Under the pieces are notes generated by a model. It made no database searches. It was not told the origin of the DNA and was given only the letters and a program-made list of their open reading frames with translations. The translations under genes were made by a program, and so were the position numbers. Of a stretch of DNA of 64,000 nucleotides, positions 49,473 to 59,728 are shown one piece after another (position 1 is the first letter of the stretch; every line of letters begins with the position of its first letter). The DNA is taken from positions 1 to 64,000 of IMG/VR virus record IMGVR_UViG_3300035498_000327; one strand, 5' to 3'. Source of the stretch: a virus (lineage: Duplodnaviria; Caudoviricetes).

Positions 49473-49735
49473 GGTGGAGGTCGTAGCAGTTGGTGGCTCC
49501 GGAGTGCTAGTGCTGGTACTTATATTAGTGCTTGTAGTATTAGTTCTGATCATCCTTCTAATCTTCAGGTGAATTTAAATTCTGATATTAAATTTTGTGT
49601 GCCGCTGGTGGAGGTCGTTGCAGTTGGTGGCTCCGATGTGCTGTTGCTGGTAAGTTTGATAGATCTTGTGCTTGTAACGTTACTAATTGCGCTATATCAC
49701 TTGGTGTTAGTGATGCTGGAGATGTTGTTGTGCCG
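49473..49735 (+). repeat. Array block 2: two more cassettes (49473-49604, 49607-49735)
   Basis: GGGRSSWWLRSASAG...FCVP and GGGRCSWWLRCAVAG...VVVP; same junction. Confidence 0.85.
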
Positions 49736-49794
49736 CAGGTTACAAATCTATATGAGTTATGACATACTTGTAAAATTAAAGGAGGTAGGATTAC

Positions 49795-50403
49795 ATGAAA
49801 AAACATATCATTGTGATAAACGGTAAAGGTGGATGTGGCAAGGATACCCTTATAAACCAGGCTAAACAAGCGTTTAAAGTCTGGAATATTAGTTCTATTG
49901 ATCCAGTTAAGGATATTGCTAGGCAGCTTGGTTATAAAGAAGAAAACAAGGATGATAAGTCTAGGAAATTTCTGTCTGACTTGAAGAAATTGATTGTAGA
50001 GTGGAATGACACACCTCTTAGATACTGCATAGATCAGACTAAGTCATTCATTTATTCCACTATTGGTTCTTTATTGTTTGTCCATATCAGAGAACCGGAG
50101 GAGATACAGAAGTATGTTAAAGCCGTAAAGGCAATCATCAATGAGCTTGAGGAGGTAGAAGATATAGACAAAAACAGTGTTAAAGTTCATACACTTCTTG
50201 TCATGAGACCTCTTACTGACACAAAAACGTATGGAAACCCATCAGATGATGGGGTGGAGGAGTTTAAATATGACTTTGTCTTTAATAACAACGAGACTAA
50301 TGAGTTAATCGCTAGGTACTCTTTCGTTATCTTCTTGGAACAGAACATAGTAAACCCTTATATCTATCAGAAACAGAAGGAAAACCGAGAAGGTAAGCTC
50401 TAG
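49795..50403 (+). CDS. P-loop nucleotide kinase (dNMP kinase-like)
   Basis: INGKGGCGKDT Walker A; FVHIREPEE. Confidence 0.7.
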   Translation: MKKHIIVINGKGGCGKDTLINQAKQAFKVWNISSIDPVKDIARQLGYKEENKDDKSRKFLSDLKKLIVEWNDTPLRYCIDQTKSFIYSTIGSLLFVHIREPEEIQKYVKAVKAIINELEEVEDIDKNSVKVHTLLVMRPLTDTKTYGNPSDDGVEEFKYDFVFNNNETNELIARYSFVIFLEQNIVNPYIYQKQKENREGKL

Positions 50404-50477
50404 GGCTTACCTTTTTTGCCTCTTCATATGAGACAAACACATTAATAATCGTGAGAAAAGTTAGGGGATAGATATCA

Positions 50478-52298
50478 ATGAAAGTAAAAAGAAACAGTGG
50501 ATACAAGTCCATTAAAGATAAACCTATCAAACTCGTTTTAGATATAAATACCCTTGATATAATGTGTAGGTATGCAATCTCTAGTTCTAGTTTAATTAGA
50601 ATGAGTCATGTGACTAATCTTAGAAAACTAGTTACTTCATTAGACCGTTCTACATATGAGAACGACCCAGAGAAGAAGAAGAGAATTGAGTTCATGGAGA
50701 AAGCACTTGAAGCAAGAATCGAATATCATCTTACAGATAGGAATATGATATTGAGTCATGCTAACGGAACTTTACCATTTGAACTCGATTTTGTAGACTA
50801 TAAATCGCCTGAGCTAAATAAGAATGAGTTAGCTTGGGTGAATCAGTTGATATCTGAAACTATACAGTACAATTTTATGTACGATAAGATGCCTCAGTTA
50901 CAAGATATATGCACAAGATTCAATTCTTCCGACTACTCCACTAGGGGAGGCATTGTAAAAGAGTTTGAGAAATTAATAGATGAGTTAAAGAACGATTTTA
51001 GGCATTCTAAGGTAGAGAATAACAGTAACGAAATGACTTTCTCGCTTCGTGAAGGGGTGTTTGAGTCATGCGTTACTGACGTATATAACACGATAACTAA
51101 TCCGAACCATAGACTTATAAGTGGTATGAGTGGATTGAATGAAATGATAGGAGGTGGATTTGAATCTGGTAGAGTTTATATGCTGTTTGGTATTGGAGGT
51201 ATTGGTAAGTCTCTTACGTTACTTAACCTCTTAACCCAGATAAAGAAGTATAATACAAATTATAAGACTAAGGACCCAACTAAGACTCCTTGTGTAGTTC
51301 TACTTACAATGGAAAACACAATGATTGATACAATCAGTAGATTGTTTTCATTGGTTGATAATGGAGTAGGATATATCGGTGATTACACATTAGATGAAGT
51401 TATTAATATACTTAGGACCAGCGGCAGATTAGTTGTAAATTCTGAGTCTCCAATAGATATAGTAGTTAAGTATCGCCCGAATAAGTCAGAAGATACGAGT
51501 TACTTCTACACATTGTGTGATGACTTAGAGGACGATGGTTATGAAGTGATATGCTTTATCCAGGACCATATCAAGAGAATAAGATCAATCTATGGTAATC
51601 CAGACATAAGAATAGAGTTAGGTGATATTGTAAATGAAATGAAGGTATTCGCAGCAGACAGAGATATACCAGTCATTTCAGTATCTCATTTGAATCGAGA
51701 TGCAACTAAGATAGTAGAAGATGGAGCAGCAAAAGGTGGTACTACAGATATTACCCTTAAGATGGGTAAGTCTAATGTAGGTGAGTCACTATTGATGATA
51801 GACAACCTTGACTGTGGCATCATCATAAATCTTGACTTTGATCAAGATGGTAATAGATATCTTTGCTATAACTTGATTAAGATGAGAGATAAGACAGCAA
51901 GAACTTACATAGCACAGCCATTCACCTATGGTTCAACTATAAGACTTGCAGAAGATGTAGGACAAGTTCCGGTATTCAAAGAGTCACTTCATATGGCTCC
52001 TGGTTTGAATAGGAATAGTTCTATCAGAACTAACTCAGCAACTACTATTATGAATCTTGATACTATCATCAATGATAGCGACAGTGATATGGACAATGCA
52101 TTTTCTAATGCTTCCATCTATTATGATTTGAATAAGACAGTAGAAGAAGCACCAGAGAGAGAAATCATATGCCCAATTTACTTCATAGAAGATAGTAAGC
52201 CAGACTTGTCTAAGCTTAACATACTTAAGGATAAGATTAGACAAATGAGAGTACCAGAAGAAGTAACAATAGAACCAGAACTGTTTATGATAGGATAG
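50478..52298 (+). CDS. dnaB: DnaB-like replicative helicase
   Basis: GIGGIGKS, TMEN, FIQDHIKRI, SHLNR, NLIKMR. Confidence 0.85.
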   Translation: MKVKRNSGYKSIKDKPIKLVLDINTLDIMCRYAISSSSLIRMSHVTNLRKLVTSLDRSTYENDPEKKKRIEFMEKALEARIEYHLTDRNMILSHANGTLPFELDFVDYKSPELNKNELAWVNQLISETIQYNFMYDKMPQLQDICTRFNSSDYSTRGGIVKEFEKLIDELKNDFRHSKVENNSNEMTFSLREGVFESCVTDVYNTITNPNHRLISGMSGLNEMIGGGFESGRVYMLFGIGGIGKSLTLLNLLTQIKKYNTNYKTKDPTKTPCVVLLTMENTMIDTISRLFSLVDNGVGYIGDYTLDEVINILRTSGRLVVNSESPIDIVVKYRPNKSEDTSYFYTLCDDLEDDGYEVICFIQDHIKRIRSIYGNPDIRIELGDIVNEMKVFAADRDIPVISVSHLNRDATKIVEDGAAKGGTTDITLKMGKSNVGESLLMIDNLDCGIIINLDFDQDGNRYLCYNLIKMRDKTARTYIAQPFTYGSTIRLAEDVGQVPVFKESLHMAPGLNRNSSIRTNSATTIMNLDTIINDSDSDMDNAFSNASIYYDLNKTVEEAPEREIICPIYFIEDSKPDLSKLNILKDKIRQMRVPEEVTIEPELFMIG

Positions 52299-52305
52299 AG
52301 CATTT

Positions 52306-52333
52306 AGGAACAGCCCTATGATGGGCTGTTCCT
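52306..52333. terminator. Hairpin between convergent genes
   Basis: AGGAACAGCCC/GGGCTGTTCCT stem. Confidence 0.7.
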
Positions 52334-52341
52334 TTTAGGTG

Positions 52342-52773
52342 TCATGCTTCGTATTCTGCTCTATTGGCAGACATGTATTCGCTCTCGGCATTGTATACAC
52401 TAGACAAGAAGTCTTTGAGTACAGAGTTTCTTGGTAGATAGAGATCACCCCTCATTGTAAACTCTGTAGGGGTAGCTATACCATTCACAGCCAGTATAAT
52501 AAAGTCCAACTGAGTTGAGCCATAAACATCATAAGCAAGTAAGTCTGGAGAGTATCTATAGTGTACTCTCTCCATATCTGTAATACCGGTAACCTTAACA
52601 CTTATCGTTTTCAACTCAGTGAGATAATCGTCCACTATGCAATGGTCTATTATCTCTATTCCATTCTTCTTATCGAGTATGGAGAAATTTCTGTACGTCA
52701 TATCATCACTAGTTCCTGCCTCTACAAACTCAGCTAAAGTACATGTATAAGCAGGTGAATCTGTTGTTGCCAT
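52342..52773 (-). CDS. Baseplate wedge protein, T4 gp53-like
   Basis: YSPDLLAYDVYGSTQLDFIILAVNGI motif; late-promoter motif at 52803-52814. Confidence 0.65.
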   Translation of the reverse strand: MATTDSPAYTCTLAEFVEAGTSDDMTYRNFSILDKKNGIEIIDHCIVDDYLTELKTISVKVTGITDMERVHYRYSPDLLAYDVYGSTQLDFIILAVNGIATPTEFTMRGDLYLPRNSVLKDFLSSVYNAESEYMSANRAEYEA

Positions 52774-52898
52774 AATCTCACCTCTTCTGGTACTATTAAT
52801 TTTATTAAGATGTTTTGTAGGCATAAACTATAGAGCTAGTGAAAGGATTAAAGTATAACAAGAAGAAAAACTAACCATTAAAAGGAGGTATATCATTT

Positions 52899-55010
52899 AT
52901 GGAATATCTACAAACACACGGTCCTTATAGAGAACTTGTAGAGACAGGTTTTCAAACAGTAAACACTAAAGACTTAAACAAGGCAAATATTGATGAGCAC
53001 TTTGATGCTATCATTGCCATCTTACAGGATGGGATAGAGACCCCATTCGTTCAAAGTATGATGGTTAAGGTCGTGTTCTCAGATGGTATTGATATCGATC
53101 TGAGTATCTTCGACTATATGTATAACTTGATGTTTTGGCATCTAGTTGCAGACGTAGACCAGGAGATCCAGTCCATTCACCTGTTCTACTATGAAGACAT
53201 AACAAAGAGAAACATAAAGGAGTACATGGATAATATCTTCGTTAAGCAGAATAGAACTAAGATATCTTTCATGGAACTCAATCAGATAGCTGACCATGCT
53301 ATAACTCTGTTTAGAAAGCTTAGTCAGTTTCAGATGTATCTGTCTAACACAGTAAACTTAGAGGATACAATAAGTCTTATGCAGAAGTATAAGGAGTTCA
53401 ATGATACCGTTCATCTTGATATGACCGGAATACCAATAGCTGATGTAAAGAGCATAGGTATGGAAGCCACATATAAGCAGGTAGAGTACATCAAGAACAG
53501 CAATCATTGCTTAAGGGATTCATTCAGATCTGGTGAGGCTATATCTATTAAGCAGTATAAGGAAGTAGCAGTAAACATCGGCTCTAAGCCAGATGGCCAA
53601 GGAGGAGTATTCCCAAGTATTATCAATCATTCATTCATGAATGGAGGATTACAGACACCAGAAGAGTTATGTATAGAGTCCTCTGTAGGTCGTATAGCTC
53701 AGATATTGCAGAAAGGTAATGTAGGTGAGTCAGGAGCATTCGCAAGACGTCTTGGCTTGAATAACCAGGATACAAGAATCCATAACAATCCTCATTATGT
53801 ATGCGATACAAAGAACTTCGAGGTGGTTACAATTAAGAATGGAATCATGCTCGATATGTTTGACATGAGATATTATAAGTTGAATCCTAAAGGACCAGAT
53901 TTGTTGCTTGATGCTTCTAGAGATAAACACCTTATAGGGCAAACACTGTATTTCAGATCTCCAATGACTTGTGCTTCTGCAGCAAGAGGAGATGGAATAT
54001 GCTATAGATGTTATGGAAATCTTGCTTATGTAAATAGAGATATCAATATAGGCCAGATAGCAGCAGAGTTACTTAGCTCTATCTATACTCAGATTCTGTT
54101 ATCTGCTAAGCATCTTCTTGAGTCTAAGGTCATTAAGATGCAGTGGACTGAGGGATTTGAAGACTGGTTTGAGGTTAACTTCAATACCATAGGTCTGTAT
54201 CAAGATAAAGAGTATCGTGGAGTGAAGATTATCATTCCTAACGATATCCAGAACGATGACGAGCTTGATGATGTAATCTATTCCGACTACATCACAAACT
54301 TCTTATTGCGATTTGGAAACAATATGGAGTTAGATATCCATACATCTGAGGCAGACCCTATCTATATCCATCCAGATCTGATGAGGGTTATAGCTGCTTC
54401 TCCTAGTACAGACGATGGAACCATTATAGACGCAAGTAAGATTACAAGTCTTCCGGTTCTATTCATGATTAACTTCAAGAATAGCGAGTTATCTAGGACC
54501 ATGCAGCAGATTAAGAATATCATCGACAACAAGTCTTCAATTAAGAAGTATGACAGAAACAGTATACTTGAAGCATTCATTGACACTAATATAGAGGGAG
54601 GTATTAAGCTTAACTCTGTTCACTTCGAGGTACTTCTGATGAACCAGATTAGAGCAGCAGAAGACATTCTGGAGACTCCTGATTGGAGCACTTCTGGAGA
54701 AGATTGTCAGCTCATTACATTAGGAGATGCCCTTACTCATAATAGGTCTATATCTATAAGACTACAGAATAATAAGATTGATAAGGCTCTCATCAATCCA
54801 GACAACAGAAGGGTGGATAAACCCTCTAATATGGATGTATACTTCATGAAGCAACTCCAGGGATTCATAACCAATAAGGATATTGTTGATGATTCCTATA
54901 AGTTGAAGAATGATATAGAGGACAATAGAATTAGTCCTATCTATTTCCTTAATGGAGATGCAGAGAATGAAGCGATGAATGATGCTATATCAAGAAGCAG
55001 TAAAAAGTAA
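52899..55010 (+). CDS. RNA polymerase beta' C-terminal subunit (phiKZ gp74-like)
   Basis: Bridge helix GESGAFARRL, RSPMTC, GICYRCYG, trigger-loop-like IGQIAAE...TQILLSAKH; followed by an SF2 helicase as in phiKZ gp74-gp75. Confidence 0.88.
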   Translation: MEYLQTHGPYRELVETGFQTVNTKDLNKANIDEHFDAIIAILQDGIETPFVQSMMVKVVFSDGIDIDLSIFDYMYNLMFWHLVADVDQEIQSIHLFYYEDITKRNIKEYMDNIFVKQNRTKISFMELNQIADHAITLFRKLSQFQMYLSNTVNLEDTISLMQKYKEFNDTVHLDMTGIPIADVKSIGMEATYKQVEYIKNSNHCLRDSFRSGEAISIKQYKEVAVNIGSKPDGQGGVFPSIINHSFMNGGLQTPEELCIESSVGRIAQILQKGNVGESGAFARRLGLNNQDTRIHNNPHYVCDTKNFEVVTIKNGIMLDMFDMRYYKLNPKGPDLLLDASRDKHLIGQTLYFRSPMTCASAARGDGICYRCYGNLAYVNRDINIGQIAAELLSSIYTQILLSAKHLLESKVIKMQWTEGFEDWFEVNFNTIGLYQDKEYRGVKIIIPNDIQNDDELDDVIYSDYITNFLLRFGNNMELDIHTSEADPIYIHPDLMRVIAASPSTDDGTIIDASKITSLPVLFMINFKNSELSRTMQQIKNIIDNKSSIKKYDRNSILEAFIDTNIEGGIKLNSVHFEVLLMNQIRAAEDILETPDWSTSGEDCQLITLGDALTHNRSISIRLQNNKIDKALINPDNRRVDKPSNMDVYFMKQLQGFITNKDIVDDSYKLKNDIEDNRISPIYFLNGDAENEAMNDAISRSSKK

Positions 55011-55077
55011 AACATATAACGGGGTGGTTTCATATCACCCCGTTTATTTTTTGGAGCAAAGGAGGAAGATGAAGATC

Positions 55078-56685
55078 ATGAGTAAGATAACAATACGAAA
55101 CTCATGCATCATCATAGATGATTACGAACTGGGGCAATGTAGAGAATTAGAGAGAAACTTTATGGTGTATGACCCGGTAGCACATACTTACGATAGATTC
55201 GGTATGTGGTATGATGAAGATATGGGGAGACTGTATTTGCCTAGAGGATTAGATGTATGGAAGATTAAGCAGTACCTCAAACAGGAGATAGTCTACAAGG
55301 AGAAGCCTAATGACTTCCAGACTATAGACAACATGATGCTTAAGTATAAGCCTAGGGATGAACAGCAGAAAGAAGCTCTTAGATTCATGGTAGGAGTCAA
55401 TGAGTACGAAGCAAATGCTAGTGAGCCACAACTGTCAGTGAATCTTAATACTGGTAAGGGTAAGACATACTGTTCTATTGCTGCTATAAGTATCCTTAAG
55501 GCTAAGACTATGATCATCACAGCATCAGTAACTCTACTTAAGCAGTGGAGAGATAATATCTTAGAGTATACTAATCTTAAGGATAAAGATGTACTAAAGA
55601 TAGAAGGTTCCCATATGCTTAATATGATACTTGTAAACAGGTCTGTTAGAGCAAGTGAGGCTAAGATATTCTTATGTACTCATGCTACGTTGCGTTCATT
55701 TGGCGAAGTATATGCCTGGGAAAGGCTGAATGACATATTCCTCAACCTAGGTATAGGAATCAAGATATTTGATGAGGCTCATACCAACTACGACAATATG
55801 ATAATGACAGACTTCTTCACTAATGTGGCTAAGACATACTATGTAACAGCAACTCCTGCCAGATCAAACTTTAGGGAAAACAGAATCTATCAGCTTTCTA
55901 TGAAGAATGTACCTGGTATAGACTTGTTTGATGCAGTGAATGACCCACACACGGAGTATATAGCTATCAAGTATAATAGTAGACCTACTCCTAAACAGAT
56001 ATCTCAATGCAGAAACAGCTATGGGTTAGATAGAAGTAAGTATACAAACTATGTAACACAGCAACCTAACTTCTATTACATGCTTAGAATTATCATGGAC
56101 TTGGTTATTAGGAGTGATGGTAGGTCATTGTTCTATATTGGAACTAATGAGGGAATACTTAGAGTATACTATTGGATAGGTACTAACTATCCGGAGTTCT
56201 TAGGCGATATAGGAATCTATTCATCTCTTGTACCTCCTGAAGCTAAGTATAAGGAGAAAGGTAAGAAGCTCTTATTGTCTACTACTAAGTCTGCTGGACT
56301 AGGAGAACATATCGAAGGTCTTAAGATGACTATAGTACTCGCAGAGCCTTTTAAGTCTGAGGTCATAGCAAGACAGACATTAGGCCGTACAAGAGATAAT
56401 GATACTGTCTATATAGAGCTTGTAGACTTAGGCTTTAAGTGGACAAGACACTTCTACTATGCTAAGCTTCCGGTGTTTAACAAGTATGCCAGCGATGTAA
56501 GTGATACTACTATAGACCAGTATGAGTTAGAGTGTAGATCTCAACTCTTAGAGGAGCAAAGAGCCCCTTATCCAGAGTCTCCTATAGAGATGCATGATGA
56601 GCGTTTCTTTGAGTATACTGTAGATGATGGAATGGGAGATGACGACGATAGAAGCCCTATATACTTCTTTGATCAGCCACAGTAG
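55078..56685 (+). CDS. Superfamily 2 (DExH) helicase
   Basis: TGKGKT, IFDEAH, TATP, QTLGRTR. Confidence 0.85.
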   Translation: MSKITIRNSCIIIDDYELGQCRELERNFMVYDPVAHTYDRFGMWYDEDMGRLYLPRGLDVWKIKQYLKQEIVYKEKPNDFQTIDNMMLKYKPRDEQQKEALRFMVGVNEYEANASEPQLSVNLNTGKGKTYCSIAAISILKAKTMIITASVTLLKQWRDNILEYTNLKDKDVLKIEGSHMLNMILVNRSVRASEAKIFLCTHATLRSFGEVYAWERLNDIFLNLGIGIKIFDEAHTNYDNMIMTDFFTNVAKTYYVTATPARSNFRENRIYQLSMKNVPGIDLFDAVNDPHTEYIAIKYNSRPTPKQISQCRNSYGLDRSKYTNYVTQQPNFYYMLRIIMDLVIRSDGRSLFYIGTNEGILRVYYWIGTNYPEFLGDIGIYSSLVPPEAKYKEKGKKLLLSTTKSAGLGEHIEGLKMTIVLAEPFKSEVIARQTLGRTRDNDTVYIELVDLGFKWTRHFYYAKLPVFNKYASDVSDTTIDQYELECRSQLLEEQRAPYPESPIEMHDERFFEYTVDDGMGDDDDRSPIYFFDQPQ

Positions 56686-56778
56686 CATGTAATCCTTTCC
56701 GAGCTAATTGTAGCTTCTATAATCATATATTATAGACATGAACGTAGAAGCTACATTTATAAAGAAAGGAGAAAAATC

Positions 56779-58488
56779 ATGTTAAGTAATATTGTAGAAT
56801 CTATCAGTTACAACGTAAACAATACACTTTTCGGAGGTTATGGAGTTGGAGGAAAGAGATCCATCAAGAATTCGGAAAGCGAAGTCAATTCCTACTTTTC
56901 CAGATTGGAAGGCGGGGAACATCCATCAGCTAAAGTTGAATATTGGATTCCAGACCATTTTAGAAGACTGGAGGAAAACAGCAGTAGTGAAAGCATAAGA
57001 AACCGCTATAGTGCTAGAGCTTTAAGCGGCTATCGCTGCGCCTGCCATGTATTCGCATATCTGTCAGGTGTAGAGGCATCATTTGGTGAGTACTGGAACT
57101 ATGAGAAGAGGATTTGTGCAAATGCAATATGTGCTCATTTCCAGTTACCACCAATCTATGTGGACAGCGATGTAAGCAACGTCAAATTGAAGTTATCTGA
57201 CTTCGATGTACATGGCCCAAAGAGCCGTCTTATCATTACAGAGGAAATTCTCTCAAAAGCATACGACAAGTTCCCAGTTAAGGGATTGTATAAGGATGCT
57301 AGCAACAAGAATATCGAGGAGGAAGAGAAGAATACATCATCTGCTAATGATACCACAGAGAAGTTCACTGATGACGATGTTGAGGTTATCAATGTCGAAG
57401 CGGAAGTTGTAGAAGCAACTAAACCGAAAGAGAAAGCTAGTGAACTTCTCCTTACAGAATCAGGCTTGCCCAAGCCAGAAAAGACTCTCGATAGCCTCAT
57501 TTTCAGTAAGGATAATATCGATGCTGTCAAAGTGTTCATCGACTATCTGAAGAATAAGATTGATGAATTCAGTGCTGAGTCTGAGCATCCTGTGGATTCT
57601 AATGAGGACGACAATACAATCGATGTTGAGTCTATTGAGACAAAGCAGGAGAAAGAACCTGTGGAAGAGCAGCCAGTCGAGGAGGAGAAGACGGCAGAAC
57701 CAGCAGTGGAGGAACAGAAGGGTCCAGAGATCCCAATAAAGACACTGCTCAACAATGACAATCTTGTTCTATTCCCAGAGAATGGAGCAAACAAGTTGCC
57801 ACCTAAGCAGGAGGAGAAGTTCATGAGAATATATGGAGAATATCTCCAGGGTAAGAACTTCGAACTCCATAGACTACAGGGAGGATATATAGAGTGTGTA
57901 ATCTGGTTATCTAATGGAGGTTATATTTCACATAATATAGATCCAGGTCTGATGATTGGCGACGATTACTACTTAGCGGCTAGTGTTGTAGTCGGAGATC
58001 CGATAGCTCCCATATTCGGTACAATAATGGTACATCCATCTGAGAAGGATATCGTATACAAGGTATTCAACACAATGGATCGTCAATATATCTTGACGCC
58101 GGATGAGTTCCAAAGAGCTCTCAGTCACCTGTTCTTTAACCAGAGGATCTATTCAGTGGTAGATATGAGCAACATGGGAGATCGGATTACAAAGCTTAAG
58201 AAGAATCCAGAAGACTTCAAGAAGTTGGGGCAGAAGCTTACCTACATCATAAATCTGCTCGATGGAACTCCGATGTTTGGCCGTATGAGATTCAGCAAAT
58301 GGAATGGCGTAGACAACTTTGAACTGTCTTCGAATGAAGATAAGAAGAACAAGATAAGAAGCCCGTTCCCACAATTCACACTGGAGTATAAATCTGGTGT
58401 AGTAGTACAGGTTACCGGCGATGATGTGCTGGTACAGTTTAATGGCAATAGCCAAAAGTTCACCATAGACAACTACGGTGTACTTTAA
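56779..58488 (+). CDS. Hypothetical protein with acidic linker
   Basis: 569 aa; early-promoter-like motif upstream. Confidence 0.65.
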   Translation: MLSNIVESISYNVNNTLFGGYGVGGKRSIKNSESEVNSYFSRLEGGEHPSAKVEYWIPDHFRRLEENSSSESIRNRYSARALSGYRCACHVFAYLSGVEASFGEYWNYEKRICANAICAHFQLPPIYVDSDVSNVKLKLSDFDVHGPKSRLIITEEILSKAYDKFPVKGLYKDASNKNIEEEEKNTSSANDTTEKFTDDDVEVINVEAEVVEATKPKEKASELLLTESGLPKPEKTLDSLIFSKDNIDAVKVFIDYLKNKIDEFSAESEHPVDSNEDDNTIDVESIETKQEKEPVEEQPVEEEKTAEPAVEEQKGPEIPIKTLLNNDNLVLFPENGANKLPPKQEEKFMRIYGEYLQGKNFELHRLQGGYIECVIWLSNGGYISHNIDPGLMIGDDYYLAASVVVGDPIAPIFGTIMVHPSEKDIVYKVFNTMDRQYILTPDEFQRALSHLFFNQRIYSVVDMSNMGDRITKLKKNPEDFKKLGQKLTYIINLLDGTPMFGRMRFSKWNGVDNFELSSNEDKKNKIRSPFPQFTLEYKSGVVVQVTGDDVLVQFNGNSQKFTIDNYGVL

Positions 58489-58607
58489 TTTGGTTGTAGC
58501 ATATACGTTCACAGGTAATGGGGTGTTCCAAGTGGTGCACCCCTATACCACATTATTTTTTGCTAAACTCTTATGTAAAAGTAAGAGTAGGGAGGAGAAA
58601 GACAACA

Positions 58608-59354
58608 ATGAGCAACAGTCCAATAGTATTCTTAGATTATGACAAGATAAGTGATACACTTATCTATTTCAGTGCAGATATAACACTTAGATTCAATGTA
58701 CAGTTAGGAAGGAAGGATAAAGACGGTCATAGGAAATTCTTCCATAGAGAAACTATGTATGAATCTAAGTATAGCAACGTGGGTCCTGTAGTAGGCATAA
58801 GAAGGGATATGAACTTCTACTACAGTATAGACGATGCAAGAAACTATATAAACGGAGTAATGATTTCAATCCAAGATGTAATGTTGCTGAAGATGCTAAT
58901 GGATAACAATATACTTCCATGGTTTATAGGAAAGAAAAACATCTACGGCACAAATCCAGACGATGGACAGCTCGTAATTACCGGAAAATGGAAGCCTCAG
59001 CAGTTCACTTTGTCTGATTATAAGTATTTAGAGTTTTTACCTATAGTTCTAGTGTATGAGGACGGAAAGAGCAATTATGGGATTCGCATGATCGTAAATG
59101 ATCCTAATAACTTCGTTGATATGGATCTCAACAGATTCATGGCATTCTATACTATCATAGCTAATACAGACATGTATACGTTAGCCAGTACTATGCTTAC
59201 TTATGCTAAGAATGAGCCTTATGGGGTAAATATGTATAGTATGCTGGAAGAAGGCAGGAATATAAGGTATAATAACGGCAGCAATAACGAAAGACCACAA
59301 AGAGGCGGTAATAGGTCATATGAGACCAAGAAGAACTTCTTTGACTCTATATAG
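58608..59354 (+). CDS. Hypothetical protein
   Basis: GGAGG SD before ATG 58608. Confidence 0.6.
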   Translation: MSNSPIVFLDYDKISDTLIYFSADITLRFNVQLGRKDKDGHRKFFHRETMYESKYSNVGPVVGIRRDMNFYYSIDDARNYINGVMISIQDVMLLKMLMDNNILPWFIGKKNIYGTNPDDGQLVITGKWKPQQFTLSDYKYLEFLPIVLVYEDGKSNYGIRMIVNDPNNFVDMDLNRFMAFYTIIANTDMYTLASTMLTYAKNEPYGVNMYSMLEEGRNIRYNNGSNNERPQRGGNRSYETKKNFFDSI

Positions 59355-59485
59355 CAAAATTGTAAAAGTACCAAATTATGCTTATATAATATAGAAGTGT
59401 AAAGAGAATAGAAATAAGTTAATCTTATCTATTCATAAACCATCACCAGAAAACAAAAGTAAATTAAAAGAAAGGCGGTACTATT

Positions 59486-59728
59486 ATGAAGTATTACGTA
59501 TTAAGAGAAGAAAAGAGAACAGTTGAAACTATTAACGGAGCAACAGAAACGAAGATTATCTATGATCCTCGTCATGCATTACTTGTAACTGACGATCTTG
59601 GAACAGCAATTGGTTATTTCAAAACCCAGATCAAGCGGGAAGAAAGAACATCGAGTTGTTCGCAGAGAGCTTTGTACAGCCTGCACATTCCACAAGAAGA
59701 AGCAGAGTTATATCAGCTCTTAACATGA
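59486..59728 (+). CDS. Hypothetical protein
   Basis: 80-aa ORF. Confidence 0.55.
   Translation: MKYYVLREEKRTVETINGATETKIIYDPRHALLVTDDLGTAIGYFKTQIKREERTSSCSQRALYSLHIPQEEAELYQLLT

Noticed and set aside
48779-49735. CRISPR array interpretation of the repeats
   Set aside because: The conserved part (about 45-49 nt) varies with codon periodicity, and the variable parts (about 76-88 nt) keep an open frame and conserved C and VP codons. No leader or cas operon was seen.
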